From NCBI GenBank assembly GCA_014729815.1, contig WJJG01000105.1, forward strand, positions 1 to 50,756: 50,756 nt of DNA, given 5' to 3'. The notes beneath the pieces are model-generated. The model saw only the letters and a program-made list of their open reading frames with translations, ran no database searches and had not been told where the DNA came from. The first letter of the stretch is position 1. Each line of letters opens with the position of its first letter. The stretch comes from Candidatus Eiseniibacteriota bacterium. GTDB taxonomy: Bacteria > Eisenbacteria > RBG-16-71-46 > CAIMUX01 > WJJG01. This document shows positions 9,370 to 18,958 of the stretch, in pieces. The position numbers were made by a program, and so were the translations under genes.

Positions 9370-10785
9370 ATGCCAGCCCCTCTACAGTTCGCCCGCAGGC
9401 CCGTCGGACTGCCGGGTCGCGCGCACCGCCCTGTGATGGCGATCTTCGCCACGCTTCTCGCGCTGCTGGCTTGCTCATGCAGCGAGGATCTTCAGGACGT
9501 GGTCACCGAGACGGAGTTCGTCGCCGAGCTGAGCGTGGCGCAGAACCATCCACAGATCCGGATTGCCTCGGAGGATTCCGTGGCGGTCGAGACGCTCGAC
9601 TGCGCGCAGATCTGGGACGATCCGGAGGAGTCGCGTCTGGGCTGTCTTCTCGAGAAGCGCCGCTATGCGAGCGGCAACCGCTACCGCATCGCCGTGGGGT
9701 TGACCGACTACGATGCGGCCGACAGCCTGGTCGGCTACGTTGCGACCATCAACGCGCGCAACTTCTACTACGGCACGGTGGATTCCGGGTCGGTGGCCTG
9801 CGGCCAGGAGTCCGAACTGCCGATCGTCGAGCTCGAGATCGACATCGCCCCGGCCAGTCGGCTCTCTGCCCATCGCGCCGCGGCGGGGATCTCGGAGGTG
9901 CTGATCGATCTCGGAGCCGGCACGCGCTACGGCTGCCATTTCGACGCCGAGTCCGAGATCGAGGAGGAGTGGATCATCTTCTCGCTGCCCAGCAGCAGTC
10001 AATGCCGTCCGAGCGATCTGGGAAGCAGCTTCATCCCGGACGTCGGGGGGGAGTATCTCCTGGGATGGCGGCTGACCAGTCCGGCCGGATCGGATACCGA
10101 TTCGCTGCAGCTCGTGGCCACTGAAGAGCACCGCATCGAGTATCTCGCCGGCACGGTCCTGCCCGAGGGGCCGGGCATCTGGTGGGAGGATCCCGGCTTC
10201 TGGTACGTGGACACCGGCGGGCTACGCCAGGTGCGTGTGAGTGGCAGCGGCCTCGATTTCATCCCCTACCCGGTGGCCATCGACGATCCAGCGGGCATCT
10301 GCTCCCGCGGCGACGAGCTCTGGATCAGCGGCGGAGACGGGCTCGGCGGGATGCAGCTCTTCGCCATCGGCCGCGACGGGAGCCTGACGGACAACGTGCC
10401 GATCAGCGATCTGGGGGTCACGCGGGCGGTGCTGGCCTGCGACAGCACCCGGCTCTGGATCGGAGCCTGGCAGGGCACGGACGTGCAGATCATGGGATCC
10501 GATCAGCAGATCGTCGGCTCCTTCGAGGTTCCCGACTCGCTGGGGGTCATCACCGATCTGGCGTGCGACGGCGAGGCGCTGTGGGTCGCGGTCGAGGCGC
10601 TGGATGGCAGTCGCGGCGGCCTGCTGCGCCTGAGCGGCGCGGGCGACTTGTTGGCGACCTGGCCGCTGGAGTTCGTCCGTCCCATGGGGGTGGCCTTCGA
10701 CGGCACCACGCTCGTGGTCCTCGACGAAGCGTCGGGGGGCATCACTCCCGGCAGGCAGGTGGTGAAGCTGACGCTGCAGCGGTGA
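9370..10785 (+). CDS. Lipoprotein with C-terminal beta-propeller-like repeats
   Basis: GGAGG RBS; LLACSC lipobox-like signal; repeats GIWWE, GICSRGDELWIS, LACDGEALWVA and GVAFDGTTLVV. Confidence 0.7.
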   Translation: MPAPLQFARRPVGLPGRAHRPVMAIFATLLALLACSCSEDLQDVVTETEFVAELSVAQNHPQIRIASEDSVAVETLDCAQIWDDPEESRLGCLLEKRRYASGNRYRIAVGLTDYDAADSLVGYVATINARNFYYGTVDSGSVACGQESELPIVELEIDIAPASRLSAHRAAAGISEVLIDLGAGTRYGCHFDAESEIEEEWIIFSLPSSSQCRPSDLGSSFIPDVGGEYLLGWRLTSPAGSDTDSLQLVATEEHRIEYLAGTVLPEGPGIWWEDPGFWYVDTGGLRQVRVSGSGLDFIPYPVAIDDPAGICSRGDELWISGGDGLGGMQLFAIGRDGSLTDNVPISDLGVTRAVLACDSTRLWIGAWQGTDVQIMGSDQQIVGSFEVPDSLGVITDLACDGEALWVAVEALDGSRGGLLRLSGAGDLLATWPLEFVRPMGVAFDGTTLVVLDEASGGITPGRQVVKLTLQR

Positions 10786-11679
10786 GCGGGTCGTGAGTCC
10801 AGATCCGGACGCCCCCCTCGCCGTGGCGGCCAGGTGCCGCTCGGCAGACCGAGGGGGGGCGCTCCCGCAGGGGGAAGCTGATCGAGGCGCCCGTGTGCTC
10901 CCGTACGAACGTCTCGGTTCCGCCGCCGCGCCCCGCCCATGGGGCCCCGACGATCCGCGCCCGCTCGCGCCGCACCCCCAGCCGCATCTCCGGCAAGCGG
11001 TCGAGGATCGGCGCGAAGGACTTGACCAGCGAGAGATTGCGCGCCGCCACCTCGCGGGGGGCCAGCGGCGTCGATTGCGGTTCCCGTTGGCCGAGAAGGG
11101 CGAGGTACTCCGCAACTGGGCGATCGTGGATGGCAACGATCCGGTCGCCCGGACGCAGGGAGCAGGGATGGACGGGATAGGTCCTGACGACCCGCACCGT
11201 GCTGTCGGCGTCGCACGTGGCGGCAAAGCCCAGCCTGTAGAAGCCGTCGATCGGTCGGCGGGCCTCCGGAATCCGCCAGGCGAAGTGTCCGTCCGGGACC
11301 ATCGCACGCAGACTGCGCAGCTCTGTGATGAACGAAGCTGCCTTCCAGTCGATGCTGTCGGCATGCGCGCGGCGCTGCGCGAGGAACTCCGCACGCGACG
11401 AGGAACACTTTCGCTCGAAGTAGACACAGTCCGAGGCGATCGGATCGCACGCCTGCAGGTAGTCGGGGCGCAGGTCGGCTGCCGGCAGCGGTGCGGCCGG
11501 GGTTGCGGCCGGGGCTGCTCGACCTCCGCGCAGACGTGTGCCGCAAGAGGGATGGCAGCGATCGCGATGTGCGCGCGTCCGATCCTGCCGGGCGGGGTTC
11601 GAGGAGACGCTGGCAGGCACACAGAAGAGGCGCAAGCCGCGCGCCGGGCGAGCGTGTGCCTCAGGCTCGTAGAAGCCAA
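10742..11679 (-). pseudogene. Probable truncated, frameshifted S41-like peptidase (N-terminal helical and PDZ part only)
   Basis: LRAMVPDGHF followed by PDZ-like GDRIVAIHDRPV; the signal-like segment lies in a different frame; no catalytic domain. Confidence 0.45.
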
Positions 11680-11831
11680 ATGAGCTCCCGCGCTCGGCGC
11701 TCGGGGACGATCCTGTGCGTAGTCACGCCCAGCCACCAGAGGATGGCGCCGGATTCGGGGATGTCCGCCGGGTTGGCGTCCCTTCTGGCGATCTGCGGGA
11801 GAGCGGTGCACGACCGCTCGGGCTACCCACC

Positions 11832-12341
11832 TCACCCCGAGGGGTGCGTCACCGGAAGACCGGCCGACACCCAGGCGGCGAAGCTGCCATCGAGGCGGTA
11901 GACCTCGACGAATCCCAGATCTAGGAGCTGTTGTGCGGCGACGCGCGAGATCTCGTCATCGTGTGCGTAGATCAGATAGGGCCGCTCGGAATTCAGGCGC
12001 GGGGCTACGATCTCGAAGACACCCCCGGCGTAGCTGTAGTTGACCGCGCGGGGGATGAAGCCGGAGATGTACGCATCGGAGACATCGATGATGTAGAGAT
12101 CGGTGCGGTTCTCTGTCAGCGCGAACGCCTCGATGGGATCGAGATCTACGTATGTCGAGGGAGGTTGGAACGGCGTTCTGTCATCCGAGCTGCAACCGGC
12201 GATCCAGACCGCGGCAAGAAGCGCGGCCACCAGGGTCAGCATGCGCAGCGGCGCGCGGAGGGCCTTGCGCACCACGCGCGACGCCCGCATACGGCGCCGC
12301 ATCGCTCGAGCCAGCGGCTGTCTCGATCGCATCGCCTGCAT
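11832..12341 (-). CDS. Rhodanese-like domain lipoprotein (lacking the catalytic Cys)
   Basis: AGGAGG RBS; IAGC lipobox; IIDVS, GFIPRAVN and LGFVEVYRLDGSFAAW rhodanese motifs. Confidence 0.8.
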   Translation of the reverse strand: MQAMRSRQPLARAMRRRMRASRVVRKALRAPLRMLTLVAALLAAVWIAGCSSDDRTPFQPPSTYVDLDPIEAFALTENRTDLYIIDVSDAYISGFIPRAVNYSYAGGVFEIVAPRLNSERPYLIYAHDDEISRVAAQQLLDLGFVEVYRLDGSFAAWVSAGLPVTHPSG

Positions 12342-12943
12342 GATGGGCCTCCTACGTCTCTGCTGCTCTGGTTGCTGTCCCAGAGCGCGGCAGGCGAGCG
12401 ATGGTCGAGCCCGCCACGCCTCGTTGACTCAATGTGGTCACGGGGCGCCGCGATCCTTCGCGACGCCCCGCTCACTCCGCATGACCTCTCCTGCGCGTGC
12501 GCTGGAAAGTCACCTGCGATGAAACTGCTGGCTCGGCCTCTTCCTTTCCTTGGAGCCGGTCGCTCCAAAAGATTCTGCGGAACGGCAGCCCGCGTGTGGC
12601 AACTGAACTCCCCCATTCCGTGCCGACGAACCTCGGGTGCCGTCCCGCAAATCCATCGAATTTCTACTATATCTACAGACCCCGCCAAGACTGGTTCCCC
12701 AGAAGCGCCATCGAATGCCCCTCTTGTCCAAGTCTATGCGATATAGTTGATTCCGCACCTCCCGGCGGGGGGGATTGCGTCATGGGCCCCCAGTGGGATC
12801 GGTGCGAAGCCTGGGTGCCGCTCTCCCGACCCGCGCCCTCCCCGCCCACCCCTGCCCCTGGCGACGCGCGTTGTCCCGCCATCGCGCGGGCGCTACCATC
12901 AGCGCCGCACCCGCTCCGGCGCGTGAATCCTGGGAGGGATCGG

Positions 12944-13669
12944 ATGCTCCGCCGCCTGGTCTGGATCGCCCTGCTGCTCACCTCGCCGCTCCTTCTGGGG
13001 CCGCCGGTCGGCTGCTGCGCGGACACCGGAGAGCAGAGCTGGGCGGCGAAGCGGAACAAGATGGCCGCCGAGCTGCGAGCGTGGGGCATCGCCGACAGCT
13101 CGGTGCTCGGTGCCCTGAAGGCGGTGCCCCGGCATCTCTTTGTGCCCGAGGGGCATCGGGCTCGCGCCTACGAGGACACACCGCTTCCCATCGGCTTGCG
13201 GCAGACGATCTCGGCTCCCTCGATCGTGGCCCTGATGACCGAACTGGTCCGGCCGGAGCCGGGCGATCGCGTGTTGGACGTGGGCACCGGTTCCGGGTAC
13301 CAGGCCGCCGTGCTGGCGGAGCTGGTTGCCGAGGTTTGGAGCATCGAAATCCTCTGCCCCCTGGCCGAGGAGGCGCGCGAGAGGCTGGCCTCGCTGGGGT
13401 ACGAGAATATCGAGGTGCGCTGCGGCGACGGGTACCGCGGCTGGCCGGAGCAGGCGCCGTTCGACGCCATCATCCTGGCGGCGGCTCCCGATCATGTGCC
13501 TCCGGCCCTGATCGAGCAGCTCGCGCCCCGCGGCCGGCTGGTGCTGCCGGTGGGGGATCTCTATCAGGAGCTGATCTTGATCGAGAAGGACCGCAAGGGG
13601 AACGTGGCGCGGCGGTCTGTGCTGCCGGTTCGCTTCGTGCCGATGACCGGGGAAGCGCAGGAGAAGTGA
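12944..13669 (+). CDS. pcm: Protein-L-isoaspartate(D-aspartate) O-methyltransferase with N-terminal signal-like segment
   Basis: VPRHLFV, AYEDTPLPIG..QTISAP, VLDVGTGSGYQAA, GDGYRGWPEQAPFDAI and VRFVPM motifs. Confidence 0.93.
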   Translation: MLRRLVWIALLLTSPLLLGPPVGCCADTGEQSWAAKRNKMAAELRAWGIADSSVLGALKAVPRHLFVPEGHRARAYEDTPLPIGLRQTISAPSIVALMTELVRPEPGDRVLDVGTGSGYQAAVLAELVAEVWSIEILCPLAEEARERLASLGYENIEVRCGDGYRGWPEQAPFDAIILAAAPDHVPPALIEQLAPRGRLVLPVGDLYQELILIEKDRKGNVARRSVLPVRFVPMTGEAQEK

Positions 13670-13730
13670 CGCGCATCCTGCCGCTGCCGAGCCATGTTCC
13701 GCTCCTGGCCCGCGAGCTTCGGGAGGTCGT

Positions 13731-14495
13731 GTGAGCTACGTGCGGCTCAGTCGGAACGAGAAGCTGGCAACCGTGATCCTGGCTCGCGATGTGATCAACG
13801 CCGTCGATGCGCAGATGGTCGAGGAGCTGGCCGCAGCCTGCGCGGAGGTCGCCCGCGATCCGGATCTGCGGAGCTTGGTGCTCACCAGCGAGAGCGAGAA
13901 GTTCTTCTGCATCGGGTTCGATCTGCCGGCGCTGCTGCCGTTGCCCCGCGAGACGTTCCAGGCCTTCTATCAGGCCTTCAACCGGCTCTGCCTCGCGCTC
14001 TACACCCTTCCGAAGCCGACCATCGCCGCACTGCCGGGGCATGCCACCGGAGGCGGCTGCATTCTGGCGCTGTGCTGCGACTATCGTTTCATCGCCGAAG
14101 GGCGGCGACTGATCGGCATGCCCGAGCTCCAACTGGGCGTCCCCGTTCCCTATCCTTCGGTCTGCATGCTGCGCGACCTGGTGGGTTCCCGGATCGCGCG
14201 CACCATCATGGACGAAGGCGACTTCTACGAGCCCGAGCAATCGCTGACCTGGGGGCTGGTCGATCGCATCCTGCCCGCGGCGCAACTACGGAGCGAAGCT
14301 GCGGCTTGGGCGACGCGCCTCGGCGGGGCGCCCGGCAACAGCTTCGCGCGTATCAAGCGCAGTCGCACGCAGCGCATCGAGGCCGAGATCACGCGGGATC
14401 TGGCCGAGCGGGAACAGTGGTTCCTCGACTGCTGGTTTTCGTCCGAGAGCCGTCCCAAGCTGCAGGAGGCCGCTCAGCGCATCCAACGCGGCTAG
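13731..14495 (+). CDS. Enoyl-CoA hydratase/isomerase (crotonase) family protein, probably isomerase-type
   Basis: FCIGFDL, PKPTIAALPGHATGGG and GMPELQLG motifs; only one of the two hydratase glutamates is present. Confidence 0.85.
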   Translation: MSYVRLSRNEKLATVILARDVINAVDAQMVEELAAACAEVARDPDLRSLVLTSESEKFFCIGFDLPALLPLPRETFQAFYQAFNRLCLALYTLPKPTIAALPGHATGGGCILALCCDYRFIAEGRRLIGMPELQLGVPVPYPSVCMLRDLVGSRIARTIMDEGDFYEPEQSLTWGLVDRILPAAQLRSEAAAWATRLGGAPGNSFARIKRSRTQRIEAEITRDLAEREQWFLDCWFSSESRPKLQEAAQRIQRG

Positions 14496-14818
14496 GTCCG
14501 CTCGCGCAACTCCCGCGCGCGGCGGGCGGCGCAGGCGGCGGCATCCACCTGCGGGCAGGATGCAGACGGCCGCCGAGCGGGTCTCACGTAGCATCCTGCA
14601 CGGTGTAGCCTGCATTCTGAACGCGCCGCGCCCCTGCGGCGCCGGCATCGAGCCCCGGAGTTCCGCCCCGCCCTGCCCCCAGTGGTGCAGCGCAGCCACC
14701 GGCCTTGCGTCATCTCAGACGCTCGCCGCTTTGGCGTAGATGGGCGCTGGCGAGCACGCCCCGGCCGCCGATATCTGCTTGGGTACGTCGCAAGCACACC
14801 GTCACCAGGAGGTCCAAT

Positions 14819-15751
14819 ATGAGGCAAGCGTTCGTTGCTTTCGTACTCTCCGCTTTGCTCGGGATGACTGTCTGGGGTTGCTCGGAGACCATGGGACCCG
14901 TGGAAGACCACTCCTTGCCGCCGGCAACGCCGCGTACGGCGATCGTCGATGATCCCTGCGGCGAGATCTTCGAAACGGCTCTGCTTGCCGGGCAGCAGAT
15001 CGTCATCGGCCACATCGTGGTCAGCAACAACGAGACGACACTGCAGGTCGAGATCGTGGTCACGGAACCGGGATGGGTGATGAGCGAGACGCATGTCGGC
15101 ATCGAAGATACGTTCGAGGATCTGCCGATGACCGGTTCCGGAAATCCGAAGGTCGGCAAGTTCGAGTTCTCGACCGAGTACGATGAGCCGGTGATGATCT
15201 GGGCCTATGAGATCGATCTGGCCGAATACGGCTACGCGCCTCTGACACAGCTCTATGGCGCCGTTCACGCGGCCGTCGAGCTCCGCGATGAATACGGCAA
15301 CACGGTCCAGGAGGAGACCGCCTGGGCCGAGGGGCCCGAATTCCCGGGCAATAGCTGGGCGATGTACTTTGGGTACGTCGTGCAGGAATGCACCTTCGGC
15401 CCCGGCTTCGAAGTCACCTACCCGACCGCCGGCACGCAGATCTGGCCGGGAGACACAATCGAAGTGACGTGGAGCGAGGAGTTCTGGACGCCGGTGATGA
15501 TCGAGCTGCTCTATGACTCGGCGGTCATCGACAACATCACCTACGATCCCGAATGGGGCCTGCCCTTCATCATCCCCGAGGAGGGCATGTCGCTCTCGAG
15601 CTTCACCTGGAGCGTCGGGTGCTACGTCGAAGCCGAGAATCCGGATCTCTACCAGCTGCGCGTGACGGCGATCGCCGGCGAGGGGGAGGAGGAGAACATC
15701 TGGACCACCTCTGACTACTTCACCATCGTGCCCGATTGCGGCAGCGAGTAG
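14819..15751 (+). CDS. Secreted/lipoprotein hypothetical protein with C-terminal Ig-like (VTYP) domain
   Basis: AGGAGG RBS; VWGC lipobox-like motif; AGQ..IG, GNPKVGKF and TAWAEG..F.G..WAMYF motifs. Confidence 0.75.
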   Translation: MRQAFVAFVLSALLGMTVWGCSETMGPVEDHSLPPATPRTAIVDDPCGEIFETALLAGQQIVIGHIVVSNNETTLQVEIVVTEPGWVMSETHVGIEDTFEDLPMTGSGNPKVGKFEFSTEYDEPVMIWAYEIDLAEYGYAPLTQLYGAVHAAVELRDEYGNTVQEETAWAEGPEFPGNSWAMYFGYVVQECTFGPGFEVTYPTAGTQIWPGDTIEVTWSEEFWTPVMIELLYDSAVIDNITYDPEWGLPFIIPEEGMSLSSFTWSVGCYVEAENPDLYQLRVTAIAGEGEEENIWTTSDYFTIVPDCGSE

Positions 15752-15934
15752 CCGGCGGAATTGGCGATCGACCAGCCGCCAGACCACGTAGAAGGGGCCC
15801 GGCACGCGCTTGGGCGGCGCGCCCGGGCCCTGATCGCAACGCTCGTCTCTGCTGCGATTGGCACGCCTCAGCCACTCCGCCCGCCGCGGCACAGAACCTG
15901 CTCGCCTTGCGGCTACAAGGAAAGGAGGCCAGCC

Positions 15935-16831
15935 GTGCACAAGTCGCCAATCTTCTATGCCGCCGCGCTGCTGCTGGTCGTTGGGGCATGGGGATGCTCC
16001 GACTCCTCGACGCCCGCGACCGCGCCGGCAGCCTCGGATCCGTCGATCGGCGCTCCGGTCACCCTCTATCTGGAGGATCCCTGCGGAGAACCACTGGAGC
16101 TGGGGATGATCACTCGCCGGCAGGAGGAGCCGGGCCGGGTGACGGTGGCCAACGACACAGAACTGCTGCAGGTGACCTTCGATACGCGTGGGACCGGCTG
16201 GGTGATCGCCAAGAGCCGCCTCTTCGTGCGCACGCTGGCGCCGAGCGGCAAACATCTGCGCCCCGCCCGCACGCTGCGCCGTGGTGCCGGGGAGCGGCTA
16301 TCGGGACGTCACGATCCCCCGGTGACCCTCTACAGCTACGATCTCGCCCTCAGCGATCTGGGTGTGAGCGCCGGAGACCGGGTGGTCGTCTCGGCACGGG
16401 CCGTCGTCCAGATGCTCGATGAGGAAGGGCACCCGGTCCGTACAGCGGTCGCCTGGGCGGTCCTGCGGGAGACGCTACGCCCGCGCTGGTCCTTCCTCAC
16501 ACCCTACGAGATCCAGGCCTGCGAGGAGCCGGACCCCTGCAGCGTTGCGGTGACCTACCCGAACGGTGGAGAGTTCTTCTGCGTCGGGTGGCAGGTCGAG
16601 GTGCTCTGGGACAGCTCCCAGTGCGGAGCCGAGGTCATGATCGAGCTCCTCTGGGATGGGGAGCCTTGCACGACGATCGCCACGTCGGCGCCGAACAGCG
16701 GCAGCTACAGCTGGTACGCCGCGCCGTGTACGTGGGAGACAGAAGGCTATGCGATCCGGGTGACCGACCTCGAGAGCGGCGCCTACGACGACAGCGACCA
16801 GAGCTTCGTGATCGGGGAGTGCGGCGAGTAG
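15935..16831 (+). CDS. Paralogous lipoprotein with C-terminal Ig-like (VTYPNGGE) domain
   Basis: AAGGAGG RBS and GTG start; AWGC lipobox-like motif; colinear similarity to the upstream gene. Confidence 0.72.
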   Translation: MHKSPIFYAAALLLVVGAWGCSDSSTPATAPAASDPSIGAPVTLYLEDPCGEPLELGMITRRQEEPGRVTVANDTELLQVTFDTRGTGWVIAKSRLFVRTLAPSGKHLRPARTLRRGAGERLSGRHDPPVTLYSYDLALSDLGVSAGDRVVVSARAVVQMLDEEGHPVRTAVAWAVLRETLRPRWSFLTPYEIQACEEPDPCSVAVTYPNGGEFFCVGWQVEVLWDSSQCGAEVMIELLWDGEPCTTIATSAPNSGSYSWYAAPCTWETEGYAIRVTDLESGAYDDSDQSFVIGECGE

Positions 16832-16879
16832 CCCCGATCTGGAAGACGAGTTCCCGTTCCCCCCGGCAGCGCACGCGCG

Positions 16880-16932
16880 CCCCCGCGAGTCGGCCGGACG
16901 GTACGCGCACCGTCCGGCCGCACTCTTGGGGG
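16880..16932. other. Strong intergenic stem-loop
   Basis: Perfect 12-bp stem CGGCCGGACGGT/ACCGTCCGGCCG (16891-16920), extended by GAGT/ACTC and CCCCC/GGGGG; no U-tract. Confidence 0.5.
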
Positions 16933-17158
16933 TCACATGGTGCAAATGCGCCACCGGGGGCGAGCTCGCATCCGCGCGCCCGCGATTCACCGTCCGCGCC
17001 CGCGATTCGCCGGATCAACGCCCCCGTGCCCGCAAGCGATCCGTCGCGCTAAGCCTCTCCGCCGGACCGCCGATGCATCCTCCATAGGGAGCTCAGCCCA
17101 CCATCCTGCGCCGCATCGCGTGCTCTCTCTCACACGACCCGATGATGGGAGGTTCACG

Positions 17159-18793
17159 ATGCTCTGTCCGCTCTCCACCGGCGCAGCGCGGCGGGCTGGC
17201 GCCACGATCCCGCGTCTCCTGGCCGCCGTTGGCCTCTGCCTTCCCCTGCTGCTGTCGGGCTGCCTCGGCGGCGATGAGGCTTCGAACACGACTGGCCCGG
17301 GGGCCGAGGAAGAGAGTGCCCAAGAGGGGATGGCCGAGGCGGTGAGCGATGCCGATGGCATCGCCCTGGTCACCGGCAGCGATGGCACGGTGCAGTTCGA
17401 AGCCGAGCTGCTGGATCCCGATGGCGCTCCGCTCAGCGGTGTCCAGATCACCTACCTGGCGACGGCCCAGAACCCGGTGATCTGCTTGAACGACTCGGCC
17501 AGCGGGGATCCGTACGGCATGTTCGAACTGGTGCCGGGACTGGAGGTCATGTGCGGCGACACCGATCCGCGGGTGCCCGCGCATCCCCAGGGCGATGCAT
17601 CACACGAGGTCGGGGTTCTGATCCTCGAGCTCCTGGATCCGGCGTCCGGACACATCTACGATCCCGCACGCGACCATGGAGATCCGAACCGCACCAGTAC
17701 GCTCCAGACGATCAACCGGGTCGTGGACTTCGACGATCTGCTCTTCTTCATCGAGACGACCCCGGGCGTCGAGCACAGCGGGGAGTTCACCGCAGGCTCG
17801 ATTCGGGACCACTCCAAGACGTACGCGCGCTTCTTCGAAGCCTTCATCGATTCGGAGGATCCCGCACGGCAGGCCATCGCCCAGCGCATCGCATCCTACG
17901 CCAGCTTCGTCATCGGACAGCATGACAGCTACCGCTATCGCAGCTACCGGTATGACCCGAACGGCGACTGCGATGAGGATGACGATGCAGACTGCATCAA
18001 GATGGCGATTCCTCTCGGGGTCCAGGCGGCGATCACGATCGACAATCCGGTCGATGGCACCACCTACACGGATCCCGACGATCGGCTCCAGGAGCTGAGC
18101 GGAGCGATCAACCTGCCCCCCGATGTGATCACGCTGGATGGTGGGGGCGTCGAGCTCTACGCCAATGGCGTCCTGCTCACGGACGCCGTGGGTGTCGGCG
18201 GCGATGGGACGGGCGAGGGATCGCTCTTCTCCACCGGCGAGATGCAGCTCGCCGAAGGCCAGAACATGCTGCAGATGATCATCTACGTTTCAAACGTCAA
18301 CCGTGGCATGGAGAATGGCGACAACGGCGAAGCCGGCCAGGCCACCGTGACCGTCAGCTATGAACCCGGCGCGAGCGCCCCGACCGCCCCGGTGCTCAGC
18401 GACGTCAGCCACCCGACAACCTACGGATGTCCGAATGGCGTGGTGCCGGTTTCGTTTCACTTTTCCGACCCGGATGGAGACGTCGTGACGGTCTACGAGA
18501 GCTTCGTCTGGAACGTTGGCGGCGAGGACGGCAGTCGCAGCGGTAGCGTGCCGCTCGATGAGCTGCCGCACCTCTCCTGCCTGGGCGGCACCGCAGGCGA
18601 CTGCCAGGTGGACGTGGGCTACTATGGTCTCCACGACGGAGACTGGTTCACGTGGGAGTTCTGGGTCGAGGACGCCGAGGGCCTGCAGAGCAACCACATC
18701 GATCTGACGGTGACGATCACCGGGTGCGCGCCTCTGACGCAGCACGTGGCTCGGACGCTCACCGGCGGCCTGCTCGAGGTCCCTGGCGACTAA
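17159..18793 (+). CDS. Acidic multi-domain lipoprotein (Ig-like domains)
   Basis: GGGAGG RBS; LLSGC lipobox; Asp-rich loops YDPNGDCDEDDDADC and FSDPDGD. Confidence 0.7.
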   Translation: MLCPLSTGAARRAGATIPRLLAAVGLCLPLLLSGCLGGDEASNTTGPGAEEESAQEGMAEAVSDADGIALVTGSDGTVQFEAELLDPDGAPLSGVQITYLATAQNPVICLNDSASGDPYGMFELVPGLEVMCGDTDPRVPAHPQGDASHEVGVLILELLDPASGHIYDPARDHGDPNRTSTLQTINRVVDFDDLLFFIETTPGVEHSGEFTAGSIRDHSKTYARFFEAFIDSEDPARQAIAQRIASYASFVIGQHDSYRYRSYRYDPNGDCDEDDDADCIKMAIPLGVQAAITIDNPVDGTTYTDPDDRLQELSGAINLPPDVITLDGGGVELYANGVLLTDAVGVGGDGTGEGSLFSTGEMQLAEGQNMLQMIIYVSNVNRGMENGDNGEAGQATVTVSYEPGASAPTAPVLSDVSHPTTYGCPNGVVPVSFHFSDPDGDVVTVYESFVWNVGGEDGSRSGSVPLDELPHLSCLGGTAGDCQVDVGYYGLHDGDWFTWEFWVEDAEGLQSNHIDLTVTITGCAPLTQHVARTLTGGLLEVPGD

Positions 18794-18958
18794 ACGGCTT
18801 CGCGTCGCTGGGGGTGCGGCGCGGTGCCCGGCGCGGGAAAACGTCCTACGAGACGGGCGCCCCCTGCGTCCCCGCACGCGCCGCCCCGATCGGCTCCACG
18901 CATCCGTGAGCGAGGCGCGTCGACTTCGGGCCGATCTGCGGGAACCGCGTGAAGCCGC

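Noticed and set aside
12342-12943. ncRNA or riboswitch in the long divergent intergenic region
   Set aside because: Only short hairpins and AT-rich promoter-like patches; no recognisable family motif
16975-17012. 20-bp direct repeat CGCGCCCGCGATTC
   Set aside because: Two short GC-rich copies; likely local slippage with no evident function
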